DNA of 64,000 nucleotides, taken from contig JAPETS010000026.1 in NCBI GenBank assembly GCA_026023565.1, positions 1 to 64,000 on the forward strand. Direction: 5' to 3'. Numbering within the stretch: the first letter of the stretch is position 1; every line of letters starts with the position of its first letter. Shown in pieces: positions 9,065 through 19,754 of the stretch. Made by a program: the position numbers and the translations under genes. Below the pieces are notes generated by a model. The model was not told where the DNA came from, did no database searches, and worked only from the letters and a program-made list of their open reading frames with translations. Origin of the DNA: Cirrosporium novae-zelandiae (Eukaryota).

Positions 9065-11424
9065 CTACTCTTCCCTAAATTCTGGTTGTTCTAGATCTGG
9101 CCAACTCATTAAACTTATTGGGTCACTCCCAGATGCCGACCACAGCGAATATATATCACCAAAAAGGTCTGTTTCACCAACCCCACTAAGGGTCCCGGAA
9201 TCCTCTGCTGCATTGAACGGTTGTGTTACCGAGAGCCTACTAATAATCTCCAAGCACCTACGGGCTAATCCATTCTTGGGACTTACTTGCATCAGTAGTG
9301 CCTTGACTGTTTTAATATCATCCAGCCACTCTGGGGCGGCAGGGTCTGTCGGTATTGTCAGGAGGAAGATTAACGGGATCAGTGAAGCTTGAAAGAGGAA
9401 GAAGAGCGTATACCAGCCCCCCAATCGCGACATAGTCTCATAACTACTGATATACTCTTGGATAGACGTAATTGTATTACGAGCACTCCTCAAGCAAAGC
9501 TCTCTGCATTGCTTATGTTCTGGCTGATTGTCGTCCTCATGATCCTCCAAAGAACGATGCCCAAGACCGATACGTTGCATAACCCAGGACAGGACAATTG
9601 GTCTGGTGAGGATGATACGGAGATTCCAAGCACGCCATTGAAGTCGATAGCGAGCAAGAGTAAACCATTCGTTGGCAGAAGGCGATGGAACCGAAGGTTG
9701 AAAATACCATGGTAAATTAGCATTCCAAGAGTCAATGGATTTATCAAGGGTCAGGGTCTCCGAGGCAGTGAGAGGATGAATGGCAAGAAGGCGGTTCGAG
9801 ATGGAGTTTGTCGAGAGATGAAAGGTAGACTGTGCAATGAGACTAGAATAAAGAGTTGGTTCGGAGACTTCATGGGGTACGATCTTTGTGGCTGGTGTAA
9901 GAAGCTATGGACAGTCAATATTTAATCCTGTTACTCACCATTAATGAGTATAAAGAGCAAATACCTCATCTGGAATATTCAAGACATGTTCCACATCGAC
10001 AATGTCGCTATCTGGTAGTAAGATGGGTCTCCCAAACGTGGTACTTGCTCCACTATCAAAAATAAATAACCCCCACCACACTCTTCTTCTCATTTCCTTC
10101 TGGAGAAGGCTAATATTCCAGTCTGGAAATTCCCTATGGAGTCCCAAGCTGACCGCCATTCTCACTGCAAGCCCCAAGTAGTTCCACCCCGTGTTTGGTC
10201 TATTACGTTTCTGGGCATAGTTGCTTAGCAGTAGCAGTGCCTGGACCATAGCTATGCTCCCCGACTCGAATATACTCTCATCCTCTGAATAACGGCGTGC
10301 TTCACGATAGAATGCATCGTCGAGATTGGAATTTTCGTTACCGGTGGTCCAGGCCCCAAGTGCAAGGACAGAATTAAGAAGCATGTGCCACGCATGTTTC
10401 TCAGGCCGTTTAATCAGCTCATTATACTGTGCTCGAAAGGTGGGTTCGTGTATGAAAGGGTAGGTAGTATGGTAAGAACGAAAATAAGCATCAATCAGAG
10501 AACTAGTAACTTGGCGTGAAGCTGCAGAGTCTGGCATTTGTATGATGGATAACGGAGCTAATTGTTCCGGTGGTTGAGAGGAAGTATGATCTTCCCGTGG
10601 TTGAGGGGGGATGTTGATGTCCCAGCGACAGAAGAGGAGGAATCGGAGAAGTACGACAGCAGACGATGCACCTAGATAGAGGTTTTAGATCAGCAAAAGT
10701 TTCAAAAGTTTTGAGGTGGTGCCTGACCAAGGTATCCTGTTCCCTCAGGTTTGATTGAAAGTGCGGCCATGCCATCCGCTAGGTCATCAAATGCAGCTTC
10801 CTTTTCAGCCCAGTCAAACCCATCAGCTTCTTGAGGAAGAGTCTCTAAAGGTAGATCCGAGGAGAGGTCGGAATCCCTCCTCTCGGCTGTGACCTTGACC
10901 CTCTTCGATTGCGGAGCTCCATCTTTGGACACTGGTAGTTGTATTGGAGGCGATAATTCAGACGATGAAGACAGGACAGATTCTATCTCAACGTTCGGCA
11001 GAAGGTTCGTAAATGCTGCTTCAAGCTTTGCTAGGCGGCGTTCCACATTGGTTAGATGCCTGAGACCATGGACAATCAGAAACCAATGCACCAAATATGT
11101 TATATTCCCTATGAAATTGAAGCGCAACTCACTGTCGTGTCAACGGGCTTCTTGATACGGGAAGACTATAGTGACATTTTCGCCCATGCTGAATACAGGA
11201 CGCACACGACGGTCGTTCCTTTGGACACTATTGGGCCCGTCAAAATCACTTCTTCCCAACTCACGGGATTGAAAGAGTCGGCCCACTCTGTATTTTCGAA
11301 TCCTGCATTCATCGCACTTGAATGTGGAAAGGTAGGATCAGCCATTTGCTGGTTAGAGTCCTGATAATAGCAGGACGCTTACGGCAATGTTAGACTTTGA
11401 ACTGGTGGGAGAGGCTTGAACCAT
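9065..11424 (-). CDS. Gal4/Lac9-like Zn(II)2Cys6 transcription factor (GalX-like) with fungal-specific TF domain
   Basis: Exons 11424-11383, 11316-11287 (30-nt micro-exon), 11227-11133 and 11059 onward give ACDECRIRKYRCPKERPSCASCIQHGRKCHYS...RSPLTRQHLTNVERRLAKLE, close to Gal4 [20 protein letters not shown]. Also GFDWAE..DGMAAL..GYLG and the Fungal_trans motif GLAVRMAVSLGLHRE...EMRRRVWW. Confidence 0.92.
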
Positions 11425-12923
11425 AATTCTAGGTAGAATGGAATCAGCTTCCAAGATACCCAGGTATTGGGGACTGCATTCGTGGATGGTGAGATATTCT
11501 GTTGAATTACCTTATGGGGTATGTATTCTGTTATTACCGAGATTTATCTACGTAACTTTATTTGGTTTAATTTAATTTGGATAAAGGCTCCACATACACA
11601 TTCAACCTTAAACATTTCCAAAACATGGAGATAGCAACCTTTAGCTTGTCTGATATATCGATGTTTTCCCAACAAGATGGAAGGATAGGGGATTTCTCAA
11701 TGCATATATGAGAGCTATACCGTTTTAATGATGCTATGGCCAAATGTCAATTGAAGGTTCTATGTACCCGAGACCAGTTTGCTGGCACCACTTTCTACTT
11801 CTCTATTTCCTAATCTAGGATATAGTACACAGGAGAAAGTGTTGGGACAGCAAGTTTCGATTTAGGGAATTTTATATAGAGAGATGACGTGTTGGGAAAT
11901 AGTCTAGTAAGGGATCATTGAACTCGGTTAGAATGACAAAGTAACCAACATCATACTAAGCAATGCACGAAATTATTTCCAAGTTTAGCACTCTCAAAAT
12001 AATTATTTTTATCATGAAAATGAATTGCTTAGCTAACCTTGGTATATTTGTGGACAGAATCTAACATGCCGTAGGTTAGGGATCTGACATCTTACAGAAC
12101 ATGGAACGAATTAAATGCTCTACTACTTCAATTGACGGCCATTCCCATAACTTCTTGTACGCCTTATCCACATCAAGGACCTCTACTGTCAATGCATGGG
12201 AAATATAAACTTGAAAGGGGGATAGGTTAATATAGCTTATGCCCCTAACTAAATGCTTCTCGAAAACTAAGTCGTGATGACAAATAAGTCTTGCTGAGAC
12301 TTGAGGTAAGGATGAAGTTCGTTATTACTTTAAGTACGGAGGTTTTATGCAATAGGTTCAATGTACGAGTATTCTATTTACAGGTGGCAGCGAATCTTCC
12401 TAGGCCAGGACTACAACTGTGTAAGGAGATGATCGGCACAAGAATTACTCGAGTACAATCTATTGGCGGAAACTATACCGATTTAGGTATCATATAAAAC
12501 CCTAGATGGACCTTCCAGAAGCTCCTCTTGTTCTAGGATTTCAAGAATCTCGAACCATCAAACTCTTAGACCTAACTACCTAATAATGATTTATCTCAGG
12601 TTTTTTCACTTTATACGTTTTGTTACTTCCAAATAGCATGTAATCTTTCCACCGTTTCAAGGAGGACTTTAATTTCACGCGGATCTCGGAATTATCTAAT
12701 CTAATTTGCATTGTTTGGAAAGAGAATCTCCTAACCTGCGAATTGTCCCATATTCACAACTACTCTATCATTTGCTGTCTATCATAACGCTTTAAAGCTC
12801 TGTTTAAGAACACAATCATGCTTCGTTATTGATCGAAATAATTAATTATTGTATTTTTTTTATCTATAAGAGAGAAGCTGGAGAGCAACACCACATTAAT
12901 TCTATTACATTCACAATCCAATT

Positions 12924-14357
12924 ATGGCCGATACTATACCATCCCCACAATCATACTTTGGGGACATATCAGGTGAAATAGAGGAAAGAGACATGGATGA
13001 CTCAGCATTTGATCAAGAAGCTGCAAACTTACCAAGGTCAAGAAGCCAAACACCTGATCGGCTTTCCGATCATCTACCTCCAAACTTGGTTGGAACAACT
13101 GGTGATCTCTTCCAATGTTCTGTTCGTGATACCTTGGAGCGTGAAGGTCTAGCCTCTGGTTTCACAGAGGACCCTTTCAACCATAACTGCTTACCGAATT
13201 ATTTCCAAAGTGTGCAGCTGTAAGTTTGCCACATCGTTTTCAACTGTTCTAGGCTAATATATTTTAGATCTGGTGATGGCACAACCCTGCTTACTCATAA
13301 CGCCGACTCATATCTTCGTACCTTTGTCCTTCCACCAGACCTACTCACCTCTCCACCCCCAAGGAATCTGACTCCCTATAGTGCGGTCCCTTCCACAGAG
13401 CCAGTTTACGCTTGTGCTCTATATCCTTTTTTTGATCTCTCTAATCCTTCAACTTATCTCGCTCTCTCTTCTCCCCGGGACCATCCCATTCGACTATCAT
13501 CTCTCCTTCCGTCGGAATCGTCAACTCCAACCCCGCCTGTAGCTACATATCCACTGGTTTCTCCCACCACAGAGGCTTCTTCGACTCCCAATTCGCTTCT
13601 CTTCAATGCATTTGGCAGTCAATTTATTGCAGGGGCCCGCGACCTTATAGCCTTCTTCGATATTTCACGACCTTATGAAAGCCCTGTTCGAAGACTATCA
13701 ACCTGCCCTTCACGAAATCACCATCCCCGAGCAGGCGGGATCACAGGCCTCGTGGCTGCTCTTGCATTATCGCCCGTCAGTGATGAAGGTGGCAGCGGTC
13801 TCCTCGCAGCAGGAACTTATAACCGGGGAGTTGGACTTTATGATGCAGGTGGACTAGGAGAAAGTGTAGCAACCTGGAGTTTATCATCTGAGAAAGGTGA
13901 TGAAGCTGAGCCAGAGATTGGTGGTAGAGGCGTGACACAACTTCTATGGAGCCCTTGTGGGCGATATCTGTGTGTCGCGGAGCGCGATAGCGATGGTATG
14001 CGGATTTATGATATACGTGTATCAGGAAAGCTACTAGGATGGCTAAAGGGCCGCAATGCGAAGGGCATGCAGCGGCTCGGAGTGGCCATGGGTGTGTGTG
14101 AGGAGAAGAAGCAGGAAGGAGGTGGCTGTGGGAACGATATTTGGGCCGGTGGAAAGGATGGTATGGTGAGGATGTGGGAGGGAGTTGGATTGAAAGAAGG
14201 TGGTAGAAGTGAAGATTGGAGATGGAAAGGTCATGATGACCCGGTGACTTCTGTAGCAGTACACCCACGTGGAGGTGTTGTGATGAGTTGTTCAGGGCAG
14301 AGACATGATGAGGGAGATGAAGAAAGAGATAATAGACTCAAGGTGTGGGCACTGTAA
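12924..14357 (+). CDS. WD40 protein, TCAB1/WRAP53/SWT21-like (telomerase Cajal body protein 1 family), 2 exons
   Basis: Intron 13220-13267. Spliced NYFQSVQLSGDGTTLLT...LRTFVLPPDLL...RDHPIRL...FDISRP...LLAAGTYNRGVGLY...GRGVTQLLWSPCGRYL...ERDSDG..IYDIR...QRL...SCSGQR. Confidence 0.82.
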
Positions 14358-14654
14358 AGCCATTATGATGAATGTAATCCTGTATTATTATCCCATTTCT
14401 GTTGGCCGCAAATGCAGGAAACTCTGTCACTAGCATGTGACTTTAGGATATCAGCCCCCACATTGTCGCAATTACATCCCCCCAATTATTGGTGGAGATT
14501 CCTAGAAATCCTCGGATTATATAAAAAACAATCTTTGCTAACTATTAGGGAAGTTGCAGGCCGTTTTGATGTTGTAGAGGTAAAATAGTAGAAATTTTTA
14601 TATATTATTATATGCTTATATTCAGCTCCAGCTTAACTTCTCCCAATTTTGCAG

Positions 14655-14704
14655 TTTGAATCCTCTTCAAGATCACTTTTCTGGTTTCATCTTTTAAGCC
14701 TAGT
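14655..14704. mobile_element. MITE-like element copy C (single arm fragment)
   Basis: tttgaatcctcttcaagatcacttttctggtttcatcttttaagcctagt aligns with the right arm of copies A and D. Confidence 0.5.
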
Positions 14705-15135
14705 ACTGTAAGTCGTCCTTTTCTTGAGTTACCAACGGGCTTTCAAGAATTAATGATTAGGGAATAATTGACCTGGCTAGATCTAAAACGCGAATAATTA
14801 TTATTTTGCATCAATTGTGTACACGACTAGATGGTTTCACATGCATCCAAGAAACTGTTGTCGGGGATGTGATTTTGGCACCCATGCACCGTTACCATAC
14901 TGTGGAAACACGGTAATAATTGAAAAAGTTAAAACCACATTAAGCATATAAAATCAAAAAATTAAAACAAAGTAATTACCTAGGTAGCTTTTGCAAAGCC
15001 CTAAGGGCCTAGCCTATCAGGTGATCTCGCTTCTGCTCTCAATCGAGTTATCCCACTTCGCTCGTTCCAACTAATTAATAATAATAGTTACCAGCGTTCA
15101 TGTAATTTAGCAACTGGCCATCTTCAACCGGGAAT

Positions 15136-15285
15136 ACTTAGCAAATAAATATGAAAAGTTGATATCAAAAATGTAAATGTAGACGAAAGCTATGCCAAAC
15201 CAACCGGCAGCCTTATAATTCAACTGGGCCTAGGCCATTTTCCGGTGATGGCTCCGATAATGACGAGTGAGATGCAAGTTCCTAT
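15136..15285 (-). pseudogene. Degenerate duplicate fragment of the sugar porter exon at 5534-5678
   Basis: acttagcaaataaatatgaaaagttgatatc[aaaaat]gtaaatgtagacgaaagctatgccaaaccaacc...atggctccgataatgacgagtgagatgcaagttcctat aligns with acttaccaaatgagtatgagaagttgatatcgtaaatgtagacaaaggcaatgccaacccaacc...atggctccgacaatgacgagtgagatacaagttcctat. Indels are present and the splice donor is mutated. Confidence 0.85.
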
Positions 15286-15428
15286 TGGGAGTGGCCCGGC
15301 TCTCGGGCTCAAACAAGGTTTCTTCCCCACCCCAAATTCTGATATTAGATAACATCTTGAAATATCACGTCTACTCGAGTAAAGGGTGCAATATGAACTA
15401 CAGACAAGATAATAACTAGTCGTACAAC

Positions 15429-17834
15429 ATGGAAGGGGTCAAGCTCTCCAATAGCGAAATAGAAACACCACTCCTCCCTCAAATTCTTTTTTTCTGGCAT
15501 GCAACTCGAATACCGTTCCTAATCTGCATATGTGCCCTATTCCTTGTTAGATCTTTGGTCGAAATTCGACGCAGAAGACTTCATAAGTTAGATTCATCGG
15601 TACCAAACTCCCCCAAGGTTCTCTCAATTAAAAAGGGAGTCGAGGTTCCTGCCCAGTCCGAGGATCTCAAGTCTCTGACCCCATATTCTAAAAGCGTCTT
15701 GCATCCTTCCCAAGGTTCTCCAACTCAGCAATCAGCAAGTCCAAAGAGAGTGATAGGATCAAAACCATTAAAGAAAACGGCCAAGGATATATATCATCTG
15801 GATGTTGCTAAGTCTTTTAACATCCAACCATTGATATTCTTTTCATCTCTGACTGGAAGTACTGAAAAACATGCTAGCGCATTTGCCAATAATCTCGAAG
15901 TTTCTCTAAAATCCAATAACAGAATTCTCGATCCTCAGGTCCATGACCTTTCCTATATCGATTTTGATGACTTTTTCATCACCCCCCCAAAGCTCACCCC
16001 CGACGAGTTAGGCCCTACCAAATATTTTTACCTTCTCCTTATTCCATCTTACAATATTGATACGATCCTAAACACATTTCTCGACCACCTACAAGAGACA
16101 CATCACGATTTCCGAGTAGATACTGCTCCTTTAGCTGACTTGGTTGGATATTCTGTATTTGGCTTTGGAGATAAAGAAGGCTGGCCAGGTGAGCAGGATG
16201 GCTTCTGCTCACAAGCCATTGAGGTTGATAAATGGTTGGCGAAATTGACAGGGAGAAAAAGAGCCTTTCCACTAGGACTGGGAAATGTCAAAGACGATGC
16301 TAGTGAAAGACTAGGAGAATGGGGTATTGGAATTGAGGAGGGCTTGAAAGACATTATACAAAAAGGAGGTCTTGGGGAAGGAGTGCAAGGGAGTGGAGAC
16401 CCAGTTGAGAGCGACCAAGGGTTTGAGGACGATGAGGCTGAAGATGGAAATACCACGACAACAAACTCAAAAAGACCCCAACGAGGGCAGGGAAGCCTAC
16501 AAGACCTTGAAGATTTACGGCCAGATTTGGAAGTCGATAGTGCAGTTGTTCCTCTGGCCATCGATTTCACTACATACGGTAAAACCTCTACTACAGTTTC
16601 CACCCCGAAGGAGATGGTGCCAAAAACCTCTCCAACATATACAGCATTGACGAAGCAAGGTTATACCATTGTTGGATCTCACTCTGGAGTAAAGATCTGC
16701 AGATGGACAAAATCAGCCTTGAGAGGTCGAGGGTCATGTTACAAATACTCATTCTATGGTATCAAGTCCCATCTGTGCATGGAAACGACGCCATCTCTGA
16801 GCTGCAGCAACAAATGCGTCTTCTGTTGGCGGCATGGAACCAATCCCGTGGGCACAAGCTGGCGATGGCAAGTAGACCCACCTGAGAAAATCTTCTCAGG
16901 TGTCAAAGAAGGCCACTACAAGAAAATCAAAATGATGAAAGGCGTCCCCGGCGTACGAGCAGAGCGCTTCGCCGAAGCCATGCGTATCCGACACTGCGCC
17001 CTCAGTCTCGTCGGCGAACCAATCTTCTACCCCCACATCAACGAATTCACCGCCCTCCTCCACCAAGAACACATCTCTAGCTTCCTAGTTTGCAACGCCC
17101 AACACCCCGACCAACTCGCATCCCTAAAGCCAGTAACTCAACTCTACGTCAGCATCGACGCCAGCAACCGAGACAGCCTTCGAAAGATCGACCGCCCCTT
17201 GCACCGCGACTTCTGGGAGCGGTTCCAAAAATGCCTATCCATCCTCCGCCAGAAGCGCTTCTCCCAACGCACCGTCTTTCGCCTCACCCTAGTCAAGGGC
17301 TTCAACATCGAAGACGAAGCCTCGGGTTATGCCGACCTCATCGAAAAGGGCCTCCCTTGCTTCATCGAAGTAAAAGGCGTCACATACTGTGGGACCTCCA
17401 CATCCGCCAGCGCTGGCCTAACGATGCAAAACGTCCCCTTCTACGAAGAAGTTACCACCTTTGTCACAGCTCTCACTTCTGAACTCCAAAAACGAAATCT
17501 CGGATACGGCATAGCTGCCGAACATGCCCATAGTTGTTGCATTCTGGTTGCGTCGGAGAGATTCAGGATCGAGGGGAAGTGGCATACCATTATTGATTAT
17601 GAGAAGTTTTTTGAGCTTTTGGAGCGTGGAAGGGAGTTTAGACCTGAGGATTACATAGGACCAGCAACACCGGAGTGGGCCACATGGGGGAATGGGGGGT
17701 TTAACCCTGAAGATGAGAGGGTTTACAGGAAGGGGAAGAATAAGCCAACCCAGGTTTGCCTCTACCTATCAAAAGTAGACGGCCTAAGGGAAGAGAGTAA
17801 AGGAGAGGCAAAAGGGATCAGGGCCGGTGAATAG
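15429..17834 (+). CDS. TYW1: tRNA 4-demethylwyosine synthase (flavodoxin-like plus radical SAM)
   Basis: N-terminal TM segment, flavodoxin-like FFSSLTGSTE, QGYTIVGSHSGVKICRWTKSALRGRGSCYKYSFYGI, CSNKCVFCWRH (CxxxCxxC), HCALSLVGEPI and EHAHSCC. Confidence 0.96.
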   Translation: MEGVKLSNSEIETPLLPQILFFWHATRIPFLICICALFLVRSLVEIRRRRLHKLDSSVPNSPKVLSIKKGVEVPAQSEDLKSLTPYSKSVLHPSQGSPTQQSASPKRVIGSKPLKKTAKDIYHLDVAKSFNIQPLIFFSSLTGSTEKHASAFANNLEVSLKSNNRILDPQVHDLSYIDFDDFFITPPKLTPDELGPTKYFYLLLIPSYNIDTILNTFLDHLQETHHDFRVDTAPLADLVGYSVFGFGDKEGWPGEQDGFCSQAIEVDKWLAKLTGRKRAFPLGLGNVKDDASERLGEWGIGIEEGLKDIIQKGGLGEGVQGSGDPVESDQGFEDDEAEDGNTTTTNSKRPQRGQGSLQDLEDLRPDLEVDSAVVPLAIDFTTYGKTSTTVSTPKEMVPKTSPTYTALTKQGYTIVGSHSGVKICRWTKSALRGRGSCYKYSFYGIKSHLCMETTPSLSCSNKCVFCWRHGTNPVGTSWRWQVDPPEKIFSGVKEGHYKKIKMMKGVPGVRAERFAEAMRIRHCALSLVGEPIFYPHINEFTALLHQEHISSFLVCNAQHPDQLASLKPVTQLYVSIDASNRDSLRKIDRPLHRDFWERFQKCLSILRQKRFSQRTVFRLTLVKGFNIEDEASGYADLIEKGLPCFIEVKGVTYCGTSTSASAGLTMQNVPFYEEVTTFVTALTSELQKRNLGYGIAAEHAHSCCILVASERFRIEGKWHTIIDYEKFFELLERGREFRPEDYIGPATPEWATWGNGGFNPEDERVYRKGKNKPTQVCLYLSKVDGLREESKGEAKGIRAGE

Positions 17835-17841
17835 ATGTAGA

Positions 17842-17948
17842 AGTGAATGTCGGAGTGAATGTCGGAGTGAATATCGGGGTGACTTCTGCCACTCAGCTAG
17901 GCTTCCGTACATCGCAAACAGTCACAAACAATCGCAAACAGTCGCAAA
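17842..17948. repeat. Two short tandem arrays: (GTGAATGTCGGA)x~3.5 and (RTCRCAAACA)x4
   Basis: Read directly at 17842-17882 and 17911-17948, just downstream of the TYW1 stop. Confidence 0.85.
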
Positions 17949-18038
17949 GTGAATAGTAAAAGTGAATTCAAGCTATTGGGGAAGCATATAGGCTCTGCAG
18001 ATTCCCCTTCTCATAGAATTCCCAGCCAACAGCACTTC

Positions 18039-18901
18039 GTCCGGCACTCCCTTGGTGTGTACGGTTCGTATTGACGTCATTGTCTCAACTTCTCTCGTCG
18101 GCGCCTCCCCCCAGCTTGTAGTTTGGCACTCCTTTTGGTTTGTACAGTTCGATTTGACATTTGTTGTCTACCTTGCTAGGCAGTTTGCTTAGCTGTTTGT
18201 TTTACTGAATAGTTTATTGAACCTAACCGTAACCAGTTAAGTTAAATGTTTGCTCAATTTGTTCATTATATATATTACCCTTCAGCAGGTTGTAACTTAG
18301 AAAATACATCATCATCCCCTTGCTCAAATTGATTCCTCTACTGTACGTACCATGCTCATCAAAAATTATAATAATGAAATCGGCTACTATTAGTACGATA
18401 AACAATATCTACTAAAAAAATGACTACAAGTTTCATATTTTAATATGTTTAGAGCTACTATATCAGCTCCTTACTATATAATATCTAGAGGCAATCGTAG
18501 AGGTCTAACAAACCTCTTTATATTTTATTAGTCGAGCTTGAGGTAATTCCCTCGTCTTCCACATTTCACAGCTTTCCATCGCGTCCTCCATGCTTCCGGC
18601 CTAGCATTACGATAACGGGATCTCTCTTCGCCAGGCGCGAGATGGAATCAATGTTGCAGATTAGCTTAGAGATCAGTTAAGTGCTTTTTCTACCTAGATC
18701 GTCCGGCACTCCTTCGATGGATACAGTTCGCGCTGTCGTCGTCATTCTCGTCGTCATAACCCAGCTTTTCTGCCCGGCACCCCTTTGATGGATACGGTTC
18801 GAGTTCCCCCTCTCTTCTCAGGTCATCTCTTTATCAGTAGCTTTAACTTTATTACAACTTTTCGTTGTTTTGTCCAGCACTCCCTTAGTGTATACGGTTC
18901 T
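18039..18901. repeat. Five spaced copies of a ~30-bp motif GTCCGGCACTCCYTTNRTGKRTACRGTTCG
   Basis: Copies at 18039-18068, 18121-18151, 18701-18730, 18772-18801 and 18872-18901. Confidence 0.85.
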
Positions 18902-19054
18902 CATACCTCACCCCTCGGTTCATTTTTCATCTTCCTCTCTCATCTTCTACATTCTATCTCCCTCTTTTCTTCTACATCTCGTCCCCTCCTTTTTCACATT
19001 TAATCTCCCTCTCCATTTTTTAAGAGTGGTCTCAGATGAGCATCCAAGACTCTA

Positions 19055-19635
19055 ATGATTTCTGTTATTAGGATTATTTCAACTTTACCTGATACACTCA
19101 CCACATATTATTCTGAGGTCAGACGTAAACAGGTATGTTGATGCTTTAATACCTTAGGCCAGAGAACTCGAGCTAACACCATTTCTAGCCACAATGCCTG
19201 ACTCTAAAACAATCCAGGGGTCAATGAAATTCCGATCTCTTTGGAATCCTCAGATCGACGTTCTACAATCCTCTCCGTCTCCCCGCCGTTCCAGTTACTA
19301 GGCCTTCTCCAGAGGGGCGGTGTGATGCTGCCATTAGAGAAAACCTTACGAATCTCGAAAGGGTCAATGCTGATAGAGCTATGGTGATTTCATCAATAGT
19401 TACAGTTTATCAGGTTCAGGGAAAGACTCAGACGACTTATTTTCAGGCGATAGCTTCCTTGGAATCTTATGAGGATGTTCAGGGTGCGAAGGTCGCTATG
19501 AAAAACGCTGATAATAAGGTATATTTCCTTCAGTACAGGGAACAATGTCTGCTGAGGGAGAAAATGAATTTGGGGACTATATTGCAGGCTTGGAGAAGGA
19601 AGAAATTGGAACTGCAGCTTATCAATCGGGAGTGA
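19055..19635 (+). pseudogene. Two-exon hypothetical gene interrupted by one in-frame TGA
   Basis: Canonical intron 19133-19188 (GTATGT...GCTAAC...TAG, phase 0). The spliced frame is continuous from ATG 19055 to stop 19635 except for TGA at 19225-19227. Confidence 0.45.
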
Positions 19636-19754
19636 GATGTGTTTTTTAATTAGTGTTTGCGATTTCTTTTCTTTTGAAGGTTATGTTCAATACCTCACAT
19701 GAGGATTTCGGAGAGTAGTAAATCTCCTATAGAATATGTAACAATGAATACATA

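Noticed and set aside
11500..12900. Possible decayed gene upstream of the Gal4-like TF (short coding-like stretches on the minus strand)
   Set aside because: Many stops in all frames and no recognisable motif, so no call can be supported.
12924..14357. Functional meaning of a telomerase Cajal-body protein homolog lying 13 kb from a telomere
   Set aside because: No mechanism links gene position to function; most likely coincidence.
18039..18901. CRISPR array interpretation of the spaced 30-bp repeats
   Set aside because: Eukaryotic intron-containing context, no cas genes, degenerate repeats, irregular spacing, and mutually related spacers.
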